64,000 nucleotides of DNA, taken from NCBI RefSeq assembly GCF_009914755.1, contig NC_060928.1. The stretch is one strand, 5' to 3'. Of the stretch, positions 13,321-25,429 are shown piece by piece (position 1 is the first letter of the stretch; each line of letters begins with the position of its first letter). The position numbers were made by a program, and so were the translations under genes. This stretch comes from the human T2T-CHM13v2.0 reference genome, Homo sapiens. The notes below the pieces were generated by a model. That model saw only the letters and a program-made list of their open reading frames with translations. It was not told the origin of the DNA and ran no database searches.

Positions 13321-14024
13321 ATGAATTTATCTGCCTTTGGTCTTTGATGCTGATGATCTTTGGATGGGGTTTCTGTGTGGATGTCCTTTTTGTTGATGTT
13401 GATGCTATTCCTTTCAGTTTGTTAGTTTTCCTTCTACCAGTCAGGCCTCTCTGCTGCAGGTCTGTTGGAGTTTGCTGGAGGTCCACTCCAGACCCTGTTT
13501 TCCTGGGTATCACCAACGGAGGCTGCAGAACAGCAGAGATTGCTCCCTGTTCCTTCCTCTGGATGCTTCGTCCTGGAGGGGCATCCTCCAGATCCCAGTC
13601 AGAGCTCTTCTGTATGAGGTGTCTGTCAATCCCTGCTGGGAGGTATCTCCCAGTCAGGAGACACAGGGATCAGGGACCCACTTGAGGAGGCAGTCTGTCC
13701 CTTAGCAGAACTCAAGTGCTGTGCTGGGAGATCCACTGTTCTCTTCAGAGCTGGCAGGCAGGAATGTTTGAGTCTCCTGAAACTGTACCCACAGCCTCCC
13801 CTTGCCCCAGGTGCTCTGTCCCAGGGAGATGGGAGTTTTATCTATAAGCCCCTGACTGGGGCTGCTGCCTTTTTTTCAGACATGCCCTGCCCAGAGAGGA
13901 GGAATCTAGAGAGGCAGTCTGGCTACAGTGGCTTTGCTGAGCTGTGGTGGGTTCCACCCTATTCGAACTTCCTGGTAGTTTTGTTCACACTGTGGGGGGA
14001 AAACTGCCTACTGAAGCCTCAGTA

Positions 14025-14333
14025 ATGGCGGATGCCCCTCCCCCCACCAAGCTTAAGGATCTCAGGTTGACTTCAGACTGCTGTGCTGGCAGCGAGAATT
14101 TCAGGCCAGTGGATTTTAGCTTGCCTGGCTCCGTGGGGGTGGGATCTGCTGAGATAGATCACTTGGCTTCCTGGCTTCAGCTCCCTTTCCAGGGCATGAA
14201 CGGTTCTGTCTCGCTAGCATTCCAGGTGCCATTGGGGTATGAAATGAAACTCCTGCAGCTAGCTTGGTGTCTGTTCAAAGGGTTGCCCCGTTTTGTGCTT
14301 GATACCCAGGGCACTGGTGGCATAGGCACCTGA
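14025..14333 (+). other. Antisense L1 ORF0-like open frame (102 codons) in the L1PA 5' UTR
   Basis: GTAATGG start; MADAPPPTKL...SDCCAGSE...SVGVGSAE resembles human ORF0 MAGAPPPASL...SDCCASNQRDSVGVGPSE. Confidence 0.65.
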
Positions 14334-15218
14334 GAGAATCTCCTGGTTTGTGGGTTGTAAAGACTGTTGGAATATCATAGTATCTGGGGCCAGAGTGCAC
14401 CATTCCTTACAGCACAGTCCCTCATGGCTTCCCTTGGCTAGGGGATGGAGTTCCCTGACACCTTGTGCTTCCCGGCTTAGGCAATGCCTCACCCTGCTTC
14501 GGCTTACCCTCTGTGGGCCACACCCACTGTCTAACCAGTCCCAATGAGATGAGCCAGGTACCTCAGTTGGAAATGCAGAAATCACTGGCCTTCTGCATTG
14601 ATCTCGCTGGAAGCTGCAAACTGGAACTGTTCGTATTTGGCCATCTTGCCAGCCACATTACTATGCCACTTTAAAAGATCCAGTTTCATTTTTCTACATG
14701 TGGCTTGCCAATTATCCCAGCACCATTTGTTGAATAGGGTGTCCTTTCTCCACTTTATGTTTTTATTTGCTTTGTCGAAGATCAGTTGACTAAGTATTTG
14801 GCTTTATTTCTGGGTTCTCTATTTTGTTACATTGATCTATATGCCTGTTTTTATACCAGTACCATGCTGTTTTGGTGACTATGGCCTTATAGTGTAGTTT
14901 GAAGTCAGGTAATGTAATGCCTCCAGATTTGTTCTTTTTGCTTAGTCTTACTTTGGCTATGTGGGCTCTTTTTTGTTTCCTTATGAATTTTCAGATTTTT
15001 TTTCTAGCTCTGTGAAGAATGGTGGTGGTATTTTGATGGGGATTGCATTGAATTTGTAGGTTGCTTTTAGCAGTATGTTCATTTTCACAGTATTGATTCT
15101 ACCAATCCATGAGCATGGGATGTTTCCATTTGTTTTTGTCACCTATGATTTCTTTCAGCAGTGTTTTGTAGTTTTGCTTGTAGAGGTCTTTCACCTCCTC
15201 GGTTAAGTATATTTCTAA

Positions 15219-15578
<360 letters not shown>

Positions 15579-16304
15579 AGCGGTTGGGTTCTTGATTTGA
15601 TTCTCAGCTTGGTTGCTGTTGGTGTATAGCAGGGCTTTGATTTGTGCATGTTAATTTCTTATCCTGAAATGTTGCTGCATTTATTTACCAGTTTGAGGAA
15701 CTTTTTGAATGAGTCTTTAGGGTTTTCCAAGTATATGATCATGTCATCAGCAGAGACAGTTTAATTTCCTCATTACCAATTTGGATGCCCTTTATTCCTT
15801 TCTCTTGTCTTGTTGCTCTGGCTAGGACTTCCAGTACTATGTTGAAAAGAAGTGGTGAAAGTGGGCATCCCTGACTTGTTCCAGTTCTCAGGAGAATGCT
15901 TTCAACTTTTCCCCGTTCAGTATGATGTTGACTATGGGTTTGTCATAGATGACTTTTATTACCTTAAAGTTTGTTCCTTTTATGCCGATTATGCTGAGGG
16001 TTTTAGTCATAAAGGGATGCTGGGTTTTTTCCAAATGCTTTTTCTGTGTCTATTGAGATGACCATGTGATTTTCATTTTAAATTCTGTTTATATGTTTAA
16101 TTCTGTTTATATCACATTTATTGACTTGTGGATTATTAAACCATCCCTGCATCCCTGGGATGAAAGCCACTTGATCATGGTGGATTATCTTTTTGATATG
16201 CTGTTGGATTTGGTTAGCTAGTATTTTGTTGAGAATTTTTACATCTATGTTTATCAGGGATATTGGTCTGTAGTTTTCTTTTTTTGTTATGTCCTTTCCT
16301 GGTT

Positions 16305-16396
16305 TTGGTACTAGGGTGATACTCGCTTCATAGAATGATTTGGGGAGGATTTGGTATTAGGGTGATACTGGCTTCACAGAATGATTTAGGGAAGAT
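16305..16396. repeat. 46-bp tandem duplication within L1PB ORF2
   Basis: ttggta(c/t)tagggtgatact(c/g)gcttca(t/c)agaatgattt(g/a)ggga(g/a)gat present twice, 5 mismatches. Confidence 0.9.
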
Positions 16397-19300
16397 TCCC
16401 TCTTTTTCTGTCTTTTGGAATAGTGTCCATAGGATTGGTCCCAATTCTTCTTTGAATGTCTGATAGAATTCAGGTATGAATCCATCTGGTCCTGGACCTT
16501 TTTTCTTGGTAACTTTTAAATTTTCATTTCAACCTTGCTGCTTGTTATTGGTCTGTTCAGAGTTTCTGTTTCTTCCTGGTTTAATCTAGGAGGGTTGTAT
16601 ATTTTCAGGAATTTATCCATCTCCTCTAGGTTTTCTAGTTTATGCACATAAAGGTGTTGGTAGTAGCCTTGAATGATCTGTTGTATTTCTGTGGTATTGG
16701 TTGTAATATCTCCCGTTCCATTTCTAATTGAGCTTATTTGGATCTTCTCTTTTCTTTTCTTGATTAATTTTGCTAACGGTCTATCAGTTTTATTTATCTT
16801 TTCAAAGAAACAGTTTTTGTTTCATTTATCTTTTGTATTTTTGTTTGTTTGTTTCAGTTTCATTTCATTTCATTCAGTGCTGCCCTGATCTTCCTTATTT
16901 CTTTTATTCTGCTGGGTTTGGATTTGGTTTGTTCTTGTTTCTCTAGTTCCTTGAGGTATGTCCTAAGATTGTCTGTTTGTCCTCTTTCACACTTTTTGAT
17001 GAAGGCATTCGATCCTATGATATTTCCTCTTAGCACCACTTTGCTGGATCCCAGAGGTTTTGATAGGTTGTGCCACTATTATCGTTCAGTTCAAAGAACT
17101 TTTTAATTTCCATCTTGATTTCATTGTTGACCCAGTGATTGTTCAGGAGCAGGTTTGTAATTTCCACACATTTGCATGGTTTTGAGGGTTCCTTTTGGAG
17201 TTGATTTTCAATTTTATTCCACTGTGGTCTGAGAGAGTACTTGGTATAATTTTGATTTTCTTAAATTTTTTGAGACTTGCTTTGTGGCCTATCAAATGGT
17301 CTATCTTGGAGAATGTTCCCTGTGCTCACGAATAGAATGTATGTTCTGCAGTTGTTGCGTAGAATGTTCTGTAAATATCTGTTAAGTCCATTTGTTCTAG
17401 GGTATAGTTTAAGTCCGTTGTTTCTTCGTTGATTTTCTGTCTTGCTGACCTTTCTAGTGCTGTCAGTGGAGTATTGAAGTCCCCTGCTATTGTTGTGTTG
17501 CTGTCTATCTCATTTCTTAGGTCTAGTAGTAATTGTTTTATACATTTGGGAACTTCAGTGTTAGGTGTGTATATATTTAGGATTGTGGTATTTTTCTGTT
17601 GGACTAGTCATTTTATCATTATATAATGTCCTTCATTGTCTTTTTTAACTGCTGTTGCTTTAAAGTTTGTTTTGTCTGATATAAGAGTAGCTACCCCTGA
17701 TTGATTGCTTTTGGTGTTGGAATATCTTTTTCCACCCCTTTACCTTAAGTTTATGTGAGTCCTCATGTGTCAGGTGAGTCTCTTGAAGTCAGCAGATATT
17801 TGATTGGTGAGTTCTTATTCATTCTGCCATTCTGTATCTTTTAACTGGAGCATTTAGGCCATTATATACATTCAATGTTAATATTGATATGTGAGGGACT
17901 ATTCTATTCATCATGCTATTTCGTTTAGAGTTCCTTTTAGCAGTTCTTGTAGTGCTGGCTTGGTAATGGCGAATTCTCTCAGCATTTGTTTATCTGAAAA
18001 AGATTGTATCTTTCCTTCATTTATGAAGCTTAGTTTCACTGGATACAAAATTCTTGGCTGATAATCGTTTTGTTTAAGGAGGCTAAAGATAGGACCCCAA
18101 TCCCTTCTAGCTTGTAGGATCACTGCTGAGAAATTGGCTGCTATCTGATAGGTTTTCCTTTACAGGTTACTTGGTGCTTTTGCCTCACATCTCTTAAGAT
18201 TCCTTTGTCTTGACTTTACATAACCTGATGACTATGTGCCTAGGTGATGATCTTTTTGCAATGAATTTCCCAGGTATTTTTGGAACTTTTTGTATTTGAA
18301 TGTCTAGATCTCTAGCAAGGCCAGGGAAGTTTCCCTCAATTATCGTCTCAAATATGTTTTCTAAACTTTTAGATTTCTCTTTTTCCTTGGGAACGCCAAT
18401 TATTCTTAGGTTTGGTCATTTAACATAATCCCAAACTTCTTGGAGGCTTTGTTCATTAAAAAAATTTTTTTCTTTGTCTCCGTTGGATTGGGTTAATTTG
18501 AAAACCTTGTCTTCAAGCTCTGAAGTTCTTTCTTCTGCTTGTTGATTCTATTGATGAGACTTTCTAGTGCATTTTTCATTTCTCTAAGTGTCCTTGATTT
18601 CCAGAAGTTGTGATTGCTTTTTATTTATGCTATCTATTTCACTGGAGGTTTTCCCATTCATATCCTGTATCCTTTTTTAAAAAATTTCTTTAAGTTGGAT
18701 TTCGCCGTTCTCTGATGCCTCCTTGATCGGCTTAATAATCGACCTTCTGAATTCTTTCTATGATATTTCAGAGATTTCATCTTGGTTTGGATCCATTGCA
18801 TGTGAGCTAGTGTGATCTTCTGGGGGGTGTTAAAGAACATTGTTTTGTCATATTAACAGAATTGTTTTTCTGGTTCCTTTTCATTTGGACTATGTCAAAG
18901 GGAAGATCTGGGACTCAAGGGCTGCTGTTCAGATTCTTTTGCCCCACAGGGTGCTCCCTTGATGTGGTGCTCTCCTCTTTCCCCTAGGGATGGGGGTTCC
19001 TGAGAGCCAAACTGCAGTGATAGTTATTTCTCTTTTGGATCTCGCGACCCAGCAGAGCTACCAGACTCTGGGCTAGTACTGGGGACCACCTACAAAGATT
19101 CCTGTGATGTGATCTGTCTTCAGGTCTCTCAGCTGTAGATACCAGCACCTACTCTGGTAGAGGTAGCAGGGGAGTGAAGTGGACTTTGTGAGGGTTCTTG
19201 GTTGTATTTTTGTTAAATGTGCTGGTTTTGAGTTGGTTGGCCTCCAGCCAGGAGGTGGTACTTTCAAGAATGCAGCAGTTCTGGTCATATAGGGAGGATC

Positions 19301-20268
19301 ACGCAGTGGGTGGGAACATAGAGCTCCCAAGAGATTATGTCCTTTGTCTTAGGCTACAAGGGTGGGTAGAGAAAGCCCATCAGGTAGGGGCAGGGTTATG
19401 TGTGTCTGAGCTCAGACTCTCCCTGGGCAGGGCTTTCTGTGGCTGCTGTGGGGGATAGGGGTTTGGTTCTCAGACCAATGGAGTTATGTTCTCAGGGGGA
19501 TCATGGCTGTCTCTGCTGTGTCACACAGGTCACTATGGAAGCGGGAGAAATCCATATCCCACAGCCCAAAAGGCCAGTCTCACTCCCACCATGCCCCACC
19601 AACAGCACCAAGTTTATTTCCAGGCAGCCAGTGATCAGGGCTGAGAACTTGCCCCAAGCTACAAGCCTCCTAGCTGAGAAAGCAAGCAGGCTTACATTTT
19701 CGTGGCTGTCCCACGGAGGCTGCAGCAACAATCCATCTCCTTCAAAGGGTCTATGGATTATCTTGCTTTCCTGGTATGTTCCTGTGGTAGTTCTTGGAGC
19801 AAAAGTTCATGAAGTGGGTCTCCACACGTTGCTCTGTCTGTCTGAGTGGGAACTGCAAGTTAGTCCTGCCTCTTATCTGCCATTTTTTCCTATCTCCCCT
19901 AATTATTCTTTTAGGTTTTTTCCATTGCTCCAAGTCTCTGAACTACATTGTTAGTGCGGTTTTCCTCTCCCTTTCAAGTGCAAAGTCTTTCTGAGTACTT
20001 TCATTATTGTATAATTGGAGCTTTAAAATATTTTGGGAGGGCGTCTTTTAAATATCCCAGTAAATACTGAAGGACATTATTAATCCAACCCCTTTTAAAT
20101 GTCCGGCAAGAAAAGGAGAAAAGTACATACATTTCTCTCCTATCTGATTTAATTTGCTTTATGTAAGGCATCCTCCTGGATAAAAAGCTACTGCTCTGGG
20201 ACAAAAGACTTTTGGAAGAATTTTAGACCTTCTCACTCTTAACAAACTTAGAGGTGGCTTAATTGTTG

Positions 20269-20800
20269 GTTCATTCATTCATGTATTAATCAATATTTAT
20301 CACATACTTATTGTGTGCCAGTTGCTGTAGTGGGCACTGTAATACAAAGGTGAATGAGGCACAGGCACAGGCTTTAACTTTCAATGGAGAAGACAGAATC
20401 GTAAGCAATAGTTGTGATACCATGTGTGGAGAGGATGGTAGAGACAAGAACAGGATGTCATGGGATACCTGGCCCAGAGGGCCACTCAACCCAGCTGAGG
20501 GCCTGGGCAGCCTCAGTGGAGAGAATGAGGCCTGAACTGACACATGAAGGATGAGGAGGCTGAAGAAAGGACAATAAAGTGTACGGGGAGAGGGACTCAA
20601 ACAAGTCCACTGGATTTGGGAATTAGGAAACCATTAGTAACATCAGCCAGAGCAGTTTCAATAGAATGGTGGGGTTTTTCAATAGGAAGCTGGATTGTAG
20701 CAGACTGGAGAGTGGCCAGGGACTGAGAAAGTGGAGATGAAAGGGAAAGGGTGAGGGCAAGAAGGATGGTGACCTCTAGAGAGTCTTGGGGTCAAGGATG
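20269..20800 (-). mobile_element. L2 LINE fragments
   Basis: ttcattcattca...aatatttat...tgtgtgccag; ccactggatttgg..attagga...gagcagtttca. Confidence 0.7.
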
Positions 20801-21046
20801 TATTTATTTTTATTTTTTATTTTTTAGGGCTTGAAAAATTTGTGCAGTGTTCCAAAAGCAGAGTAAAGGAGGAAAGGCCAGGAAGTATGGGAGAGAGCCA
20901 GGCAAGTGGTGAGAGCCAAGGGTTCAGGTGAATGAGAAGGCTTTACACAATGGGAGTTGCCCTGGCGGAGAAAGTTTAGATCTGCCTGGTCTGTACAATA
21001 AGATTTTCTTTTTGGTGCCTGTTTGGTATAATGGGACAGGAGGCAT

Positions 21047-23461
21047 TGATATGTTTTGGCTCTGTGTCGCCACCAAAATCTCACCTTGAAATGTAATAAT
21101 CCCCCTATGTCATGGGAGGGACCCAGTAGGGGGGGTAATTGAATCATGGGGGTGGGCTTTTCCCATGCTGTTCTTGTGATAGTGAATAAGTCTCATGAGA
21201 TCTGATGGTTTTATAAAGGGGAGTTCCCTGACACACACTCTCTCTTGCCTGCTGCCATGTAAGACGTGCCTTTTGCCTTCCACCATGATTGTGAAGCCTC
21301 CCCAGCCATGTAAAACTGTGAGTCCATTAAATCTCTTTTTCTTTATAAATTGCCCAGTCTTGGGTATGTCTTTATTAACAGTGTGAGAACAGACTGATAC
21401 AGTAAATTGGTACCAGGAGTGGGGTGCTGCTGTAAAGATACCTGAAAATGTGGAAGTGACTTTGGAACTGGGAATGAGGGAGAGGTTGGAACAGTTTAGA
21501 GTGCTCAGAAGAAGACAGGAAGATGTGGGAAAGTTTGGAACTTCCTAGAGATTTGTTGAATGGCTTTGACCAAGATGCTGACAATGAAATTCAGGCTGAG
21601 GTGATCTCAGGTGGAGATAAGGAACTTGTTGGTAACTGGAACAAAGGTGACTCTTGTTCTGCTTTAGCAAAGAAACTGGCAGCATTTTCCCTTGCCCTAG
21701 AGATTTGTGGAACTTTAAACTTGAGAGAGATGATTTAGGGTATCTGGTAGAAGAAATGTCTTAACAGCAAAGTGTCCAAGAAGTGACTTGGGTGGTCTTA
21801 AAATAATTCAGTTTTATAAAGGAAACAAAGCATAAAAGTTCAGAAAATTTGCAGCCTGATAATGTTATAGAAAAGAAAAACCCATTTTCTGAAGAGAAAT
21901 TCAAGCAGGCTGCAGAAATTTGCATTGGTAATGAAGAGCCGAATGTTAATCGCCAAGAAAATGGGGAAAATGTCTTCAGGGCATGTCTTCGTGGCAGCCT
22001 CTCCCATCACAGGCCTGGAGGCCTAGGAGGAAAAAATGGTTCCATGGGCCAGGCCCAGGGCCCCCGTGTTGTGTGCAGCCTAGGTACTTGGTGCCTTGAG
22101 TCCCAGCCACTCCAGCTGTGGCTAAAAGGGGCCAAGGTGCAGCTTGGGCTGTGGCTCCAGATGGTGCAAGCCCCAAGCCTTGGCGGCTTTTATGTGATGT
22201 TGAGTCTTTGAGTGCACAGAAGTCAAGAATTGAGATTTGGGAACCTCTGCCTAGTTTTCAGAGGATGTATGGAAATGCCTGGATGTTCAGGCAGAAACTT
22301 GCTGCAGGGATGGGGCCCTCATGGAGAGCCTCTGCTAGGGCAGTGTGTAAGGTAAGTGTGGGGTTGAATCCCCCACACAGACTCCCCACAGGGGCACTGC
22401 CTAGTGGAACTGTGAGAAGGGAGCCACCATCCTCCAGACCCCAGAATGGTAGATCTATTGACAGCTTGCACCATGATCCTTGTAAAATCCACAGATGCTC
22501 AATGCCAGCCCATGAAAGGAGCCAGTAGGGGGTTGTACTCTGCAAAGCCACAGAGATGGAGCTGCCCAAGACCATGGGAACTCACCTCTTGTATTGGTGT
22601 GACCTGGATGTGAGGCATGGTGTCAAAGGAGATCATTTTGGAGCTTTAAGCTTTGACTGCCCTGCTGGATTTCAGACTTGCATGGGGCCTGTAGCCCCTT
22701 CATTTTGGCCAATTTCTCCCATTTGGAATGGGTGTATTTACCCAATACCTGTACCTCCATTGTATCTAGGAAGCAACTAACTTGCTTTCGATTTTACAGG
22801 CTCATAGGTGGAAGAGACTTGCCTTGTTTCAGATGAGACTTTGGTCTGTGGACTTTTGGGTTCTTGCTGAAATGAGTTAAGACTCTGGGGGTTTGATACA
22901 TGAAAATGCCAGGATAAACCTAATCCTTAAAAAAGGCTTTCTAGATCAGAGGTTACAAACAGTTGCTCAGGAGCCAAATTAGTCCCACAGATATATTTTA
23001 TTTGACACATATGCTGTTTTGTGACAAATAAATTCAAGTAAAATCATGATCATGCATGATTGGTTTTGAAATCTGAGGACATGAGATTTAGGAGGGGCTG
23101 GGTTGGAATGATGTGATTTGTCTCTTTGTCCTCACCCAAATATCACCTTGAATTGTAATAATCCCCACGTGTCTTGGGAGGGACCTTGTGGGAGGTAATT
23201 GAATCATGGGGGTGAGTTTTTCCCATGATGTTTTTGTGATAGTGAATAAGTTTCATGAAATCTGATGGCTTTATAAAGGGGAGTTCCCCCGCATGTGATG
23301 TCTCTTGCCTGCTGCCATGTAAGACATGTCTTTCACCTTCTGCCATGATTGTGAGACCTCCCCAGCCATGTGGAACTGTGACTCCATTAAACCTCTTTTT
23401 CTTTACAAATTACCCAGTCTCGGGTATGTCTTTATTAGCAGCATGAGAACAGACTAGTACA
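21047..23461 (+). mobile_element. Complete THE1C-type MaLR provirus (LTR 21047-21401, internal 21402-23108, LTR 23109-23461)
   Basis: TG...CA LTRs with aaaggggagttcc and gccatgtaagac; internal region begins gtaaattggtaccag; internal ORF remnants (WESLELPRDLLNGFDQ, IEKKNPFSEEKFK); degenerate 5-bp flanks ggcat/gacac. Confidence 0.93.
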
Positions 23462-23589
23462 GACACCCTCTTCCCAGTCTGGAAGCCCTTTGGATAGGAT
23501 ATAAGGCAGAAATCACAAGCTCTAGTATTCGTGAAGTGAGGCAGGTGGGGAGGCCTGTGCCCTTCTGCTGGGTGGCTGCTGTTTTACTC

Positions 23590-23786
23590 CAGTTGTATTT
23601 GCCAGGGCCCATTTGCTGGATCAAGAAAAGCCAGAATTCTGGATTTCTATGTGAAATCTCCTAGTTTTGAAATTTTGGCAAATATTTATAACAAACAAAG
23701 AATTAAACAAAATGGCATATGTGTCAAATAAAATATATCTGCTGGCCTAATTTGGCCCCTGGGCACCAGTGAGTTTCTAACTCTGA
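23590..23786 (+). mobile_element. hAT DNA transposon end (MER102-like)
   Basis: aagaaaagccagaattctggatttctatgtgaaatctcc...aaaatatatctgctggcctaatttggccc...ctctg. Confidence 0.65.
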
Positions 23787-24372
23787 TTTAGAAAGCCTCT
23801 TTTAGGGATTAGGTTTATCCTGGCATTTTCACATATCAACTCTATCCTCTCTGTACAACTATGGAGGAAAATGTTAATATGGAAAATAACATGGACAGTT
23901 AGAGAAAAGAAGCACAATGATGTGTTTAATCCTCCTAAGTCTAGTTATTTGCTATGACTTCTCCAGAACATTAATTTTACTAAGTTGATTCCCTTATGTC
24001 CATGCTTTTTAACTGAATTTTCTTTGTTCATCTTAAAGTTCTATGAAAAGTTGGATTGCTCCAGGAACCAGAAAGGAGGACATAATTACCCAGCTTATTA
24101 CTAAAAATAAAATGGAAAAGTAGTATTTTTTTTTTTAAATTGGGTTCCTTATACTACAGGGCAAGTCTGAAAAGAACTACAAATACTGAGGGAGAAGACA
24201 TCTGCATGCTCCAAAGGAAGCAGAAAACTTTTATAATTTGTGCTCTGCTTAGCTTTGATTATTAATCTTTGTTTGTGGCAGGATAATGATTGATGATACA
24301 TAAAACCTGATAAACCTTGCATCAAGGATCTAGTAAAGATGCTGCAGTTCCAAAATTTGATATGTATCACGA

Positions 24373-24564
24373 CAGTGGATCTCAAAGTTTACTGTGCATG
24401 AGAATCACCTGGCAGGCTTGGCTTGTTAAAACACAGGTTGCTTGGCCCTGTCCCTGGAGTTTCTGATTTAGTAGGTTTGGAGTGAGCCCAAGACTTTAAA
24501 TTTCTAGTAAGTTCCCAGTTATGCTGATGCTACTGGTTCAGGGACCACCCTTTGAAAACCACTG
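24373..24564. mobile_element. MER5A hAT-Charlie MITE
   Basis: TIRs cagtggatctcaaa / tttgaaaaccactg; gaatcacctgg, tctgatttagtagg core. Confidence 0.88.
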
Positions 24565-24679
24565 TTCTAGAAAATCTACAGGCTTTACTATTTACAAATA
24601 ACACATCTGAACCATACTATGTTTACATTTACTGAAATTCATCCCGTCTTTTTGTTGATAAATGCTAAAGCTGATACAT

Positions 24680-25160
24680 GTCTTTGGACCACTGGTTATG
24701 TGAACAGATCTGCTGGTTCAAGCAGAAGAGGTTCTTTATTACACATGGCCCAGGTTGTCTGTTCTCTTGGATGCTGTTGTTTCATCCGGGGTGGTCTGGT
24801 GATGTGTTCTCTAGGTTCCCTTGGCATAGCGACCCTGCAGAGGGAGGACCCAGATCTCCAAGGAAATGTGCTGCACATTGGAGGAAGGAGCCTGCCCGGC
24901 AGCACATTTCCTTGGAGGTCTGGGTCCTCACTCTGCAGGATCACTATTCCAGGTCTCCAGGTTCTAATAATTCCAGTTGCTTCTCTTTGCTCTCCCTGCC
25001 CGAGGGTGGTTGCTGCCATCTACAGTAACTATTTCTATGCTACCAGAGAGTTCTCTTTTGCTTTTCAGTCCTCTAATATTTGTTTAAACCATTCCCTGTA
25101 TTGAAGTCTCTCTGTTAAAACAGCAACTAATGTTGTTTCTACTTTTTTGACTGCACCCTA
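24680..25160 (+). mobile_element. Old ERVL-class LTR (LTR33-like)
   Basis: 3' part gggtggttgctgc...ttttcagtcctctaata...ccattccctgtattgaagtctctctgtt...gtttct...gactg. Confidence 0.6.
24822..24951. repeat. Inverted repeat, 53-bp arms, 24-bp loop
   Basis: 24822-24874 matches the reverse complement of 24899-24951 at 48/53 positions. Confidence 0.95.
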
Positions 25161-25201
25161 AAGAACAGTGATGTCCATCTTATGTGATGTTAGACTGACC
25201 T

Positions 25202-25251
25202 CCATTCTGGAATTTAAAGGCAAATTCTGGAATGGATAAATTCCAGAATGG
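25202..25251. repeat. Perfect 15-bp inverted repeat with internal third partial copy
   Basis: ccattctggaattta ... taaattccagaatgg; the spacer contains attctggaat. Confidence 0.9.
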
Positions 25252-25289
25252 GACCCAGGAAGCATATAAACTGCTCTCTTTTTCTGGCT

Positions 25290-25428
25290 ATAGTTTCATG
25301 GACTGCTTGAAGCAGAAACATAATCATCTGGGGTGCTTGTTAAAAATGCAGATCCCTTGGCCCCAACCCCAGACCTTAAACATTTTAAATAAACTTTCTA
25401 GGTGAGTTTCCATGATAGGTGATTCCTA
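25290..25428. mobile_element. MER5-family fragment (probably resumes at 25655-25705)
   Basis: aatcatctggggtgcttgttaaaaatgcagat...ggccccaaccccagacc...aggtgatt. Confidence 0.7.
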
Positions 25429-25429
25429 A

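Larger units (their letters stand above)
8758..14656 (-). mobile_element. Near full-length L1PA7/L1PA8-like LINE-1 lacking 3' UTR and poly(A), nested in L1PB
   Basis: 5' end ctgttcgtatttggccatcttgccagccac; 5' UTR, ORF1 and ORF2 remnants are colinear; the 3' side starts abruptly at cttccacaatggttgaactaatttacac. Confidence 0.92.

Noticed and set aside
21523-22780. THE1 internal ORFs, similar to those at 34894-36111, as a duplicated gene
   Set aside because: These are two independent MaLR proviruses with fragmented internal ORF remnants, not a segmental duplication
24619-25104. Overlapping ORFs on both strands sharing peptides (EDPDLQGNVL, STFPWRSGSSLCR)
   Set aside because: An artefact of the 53-bp inverted repeat rather than evidence of coding
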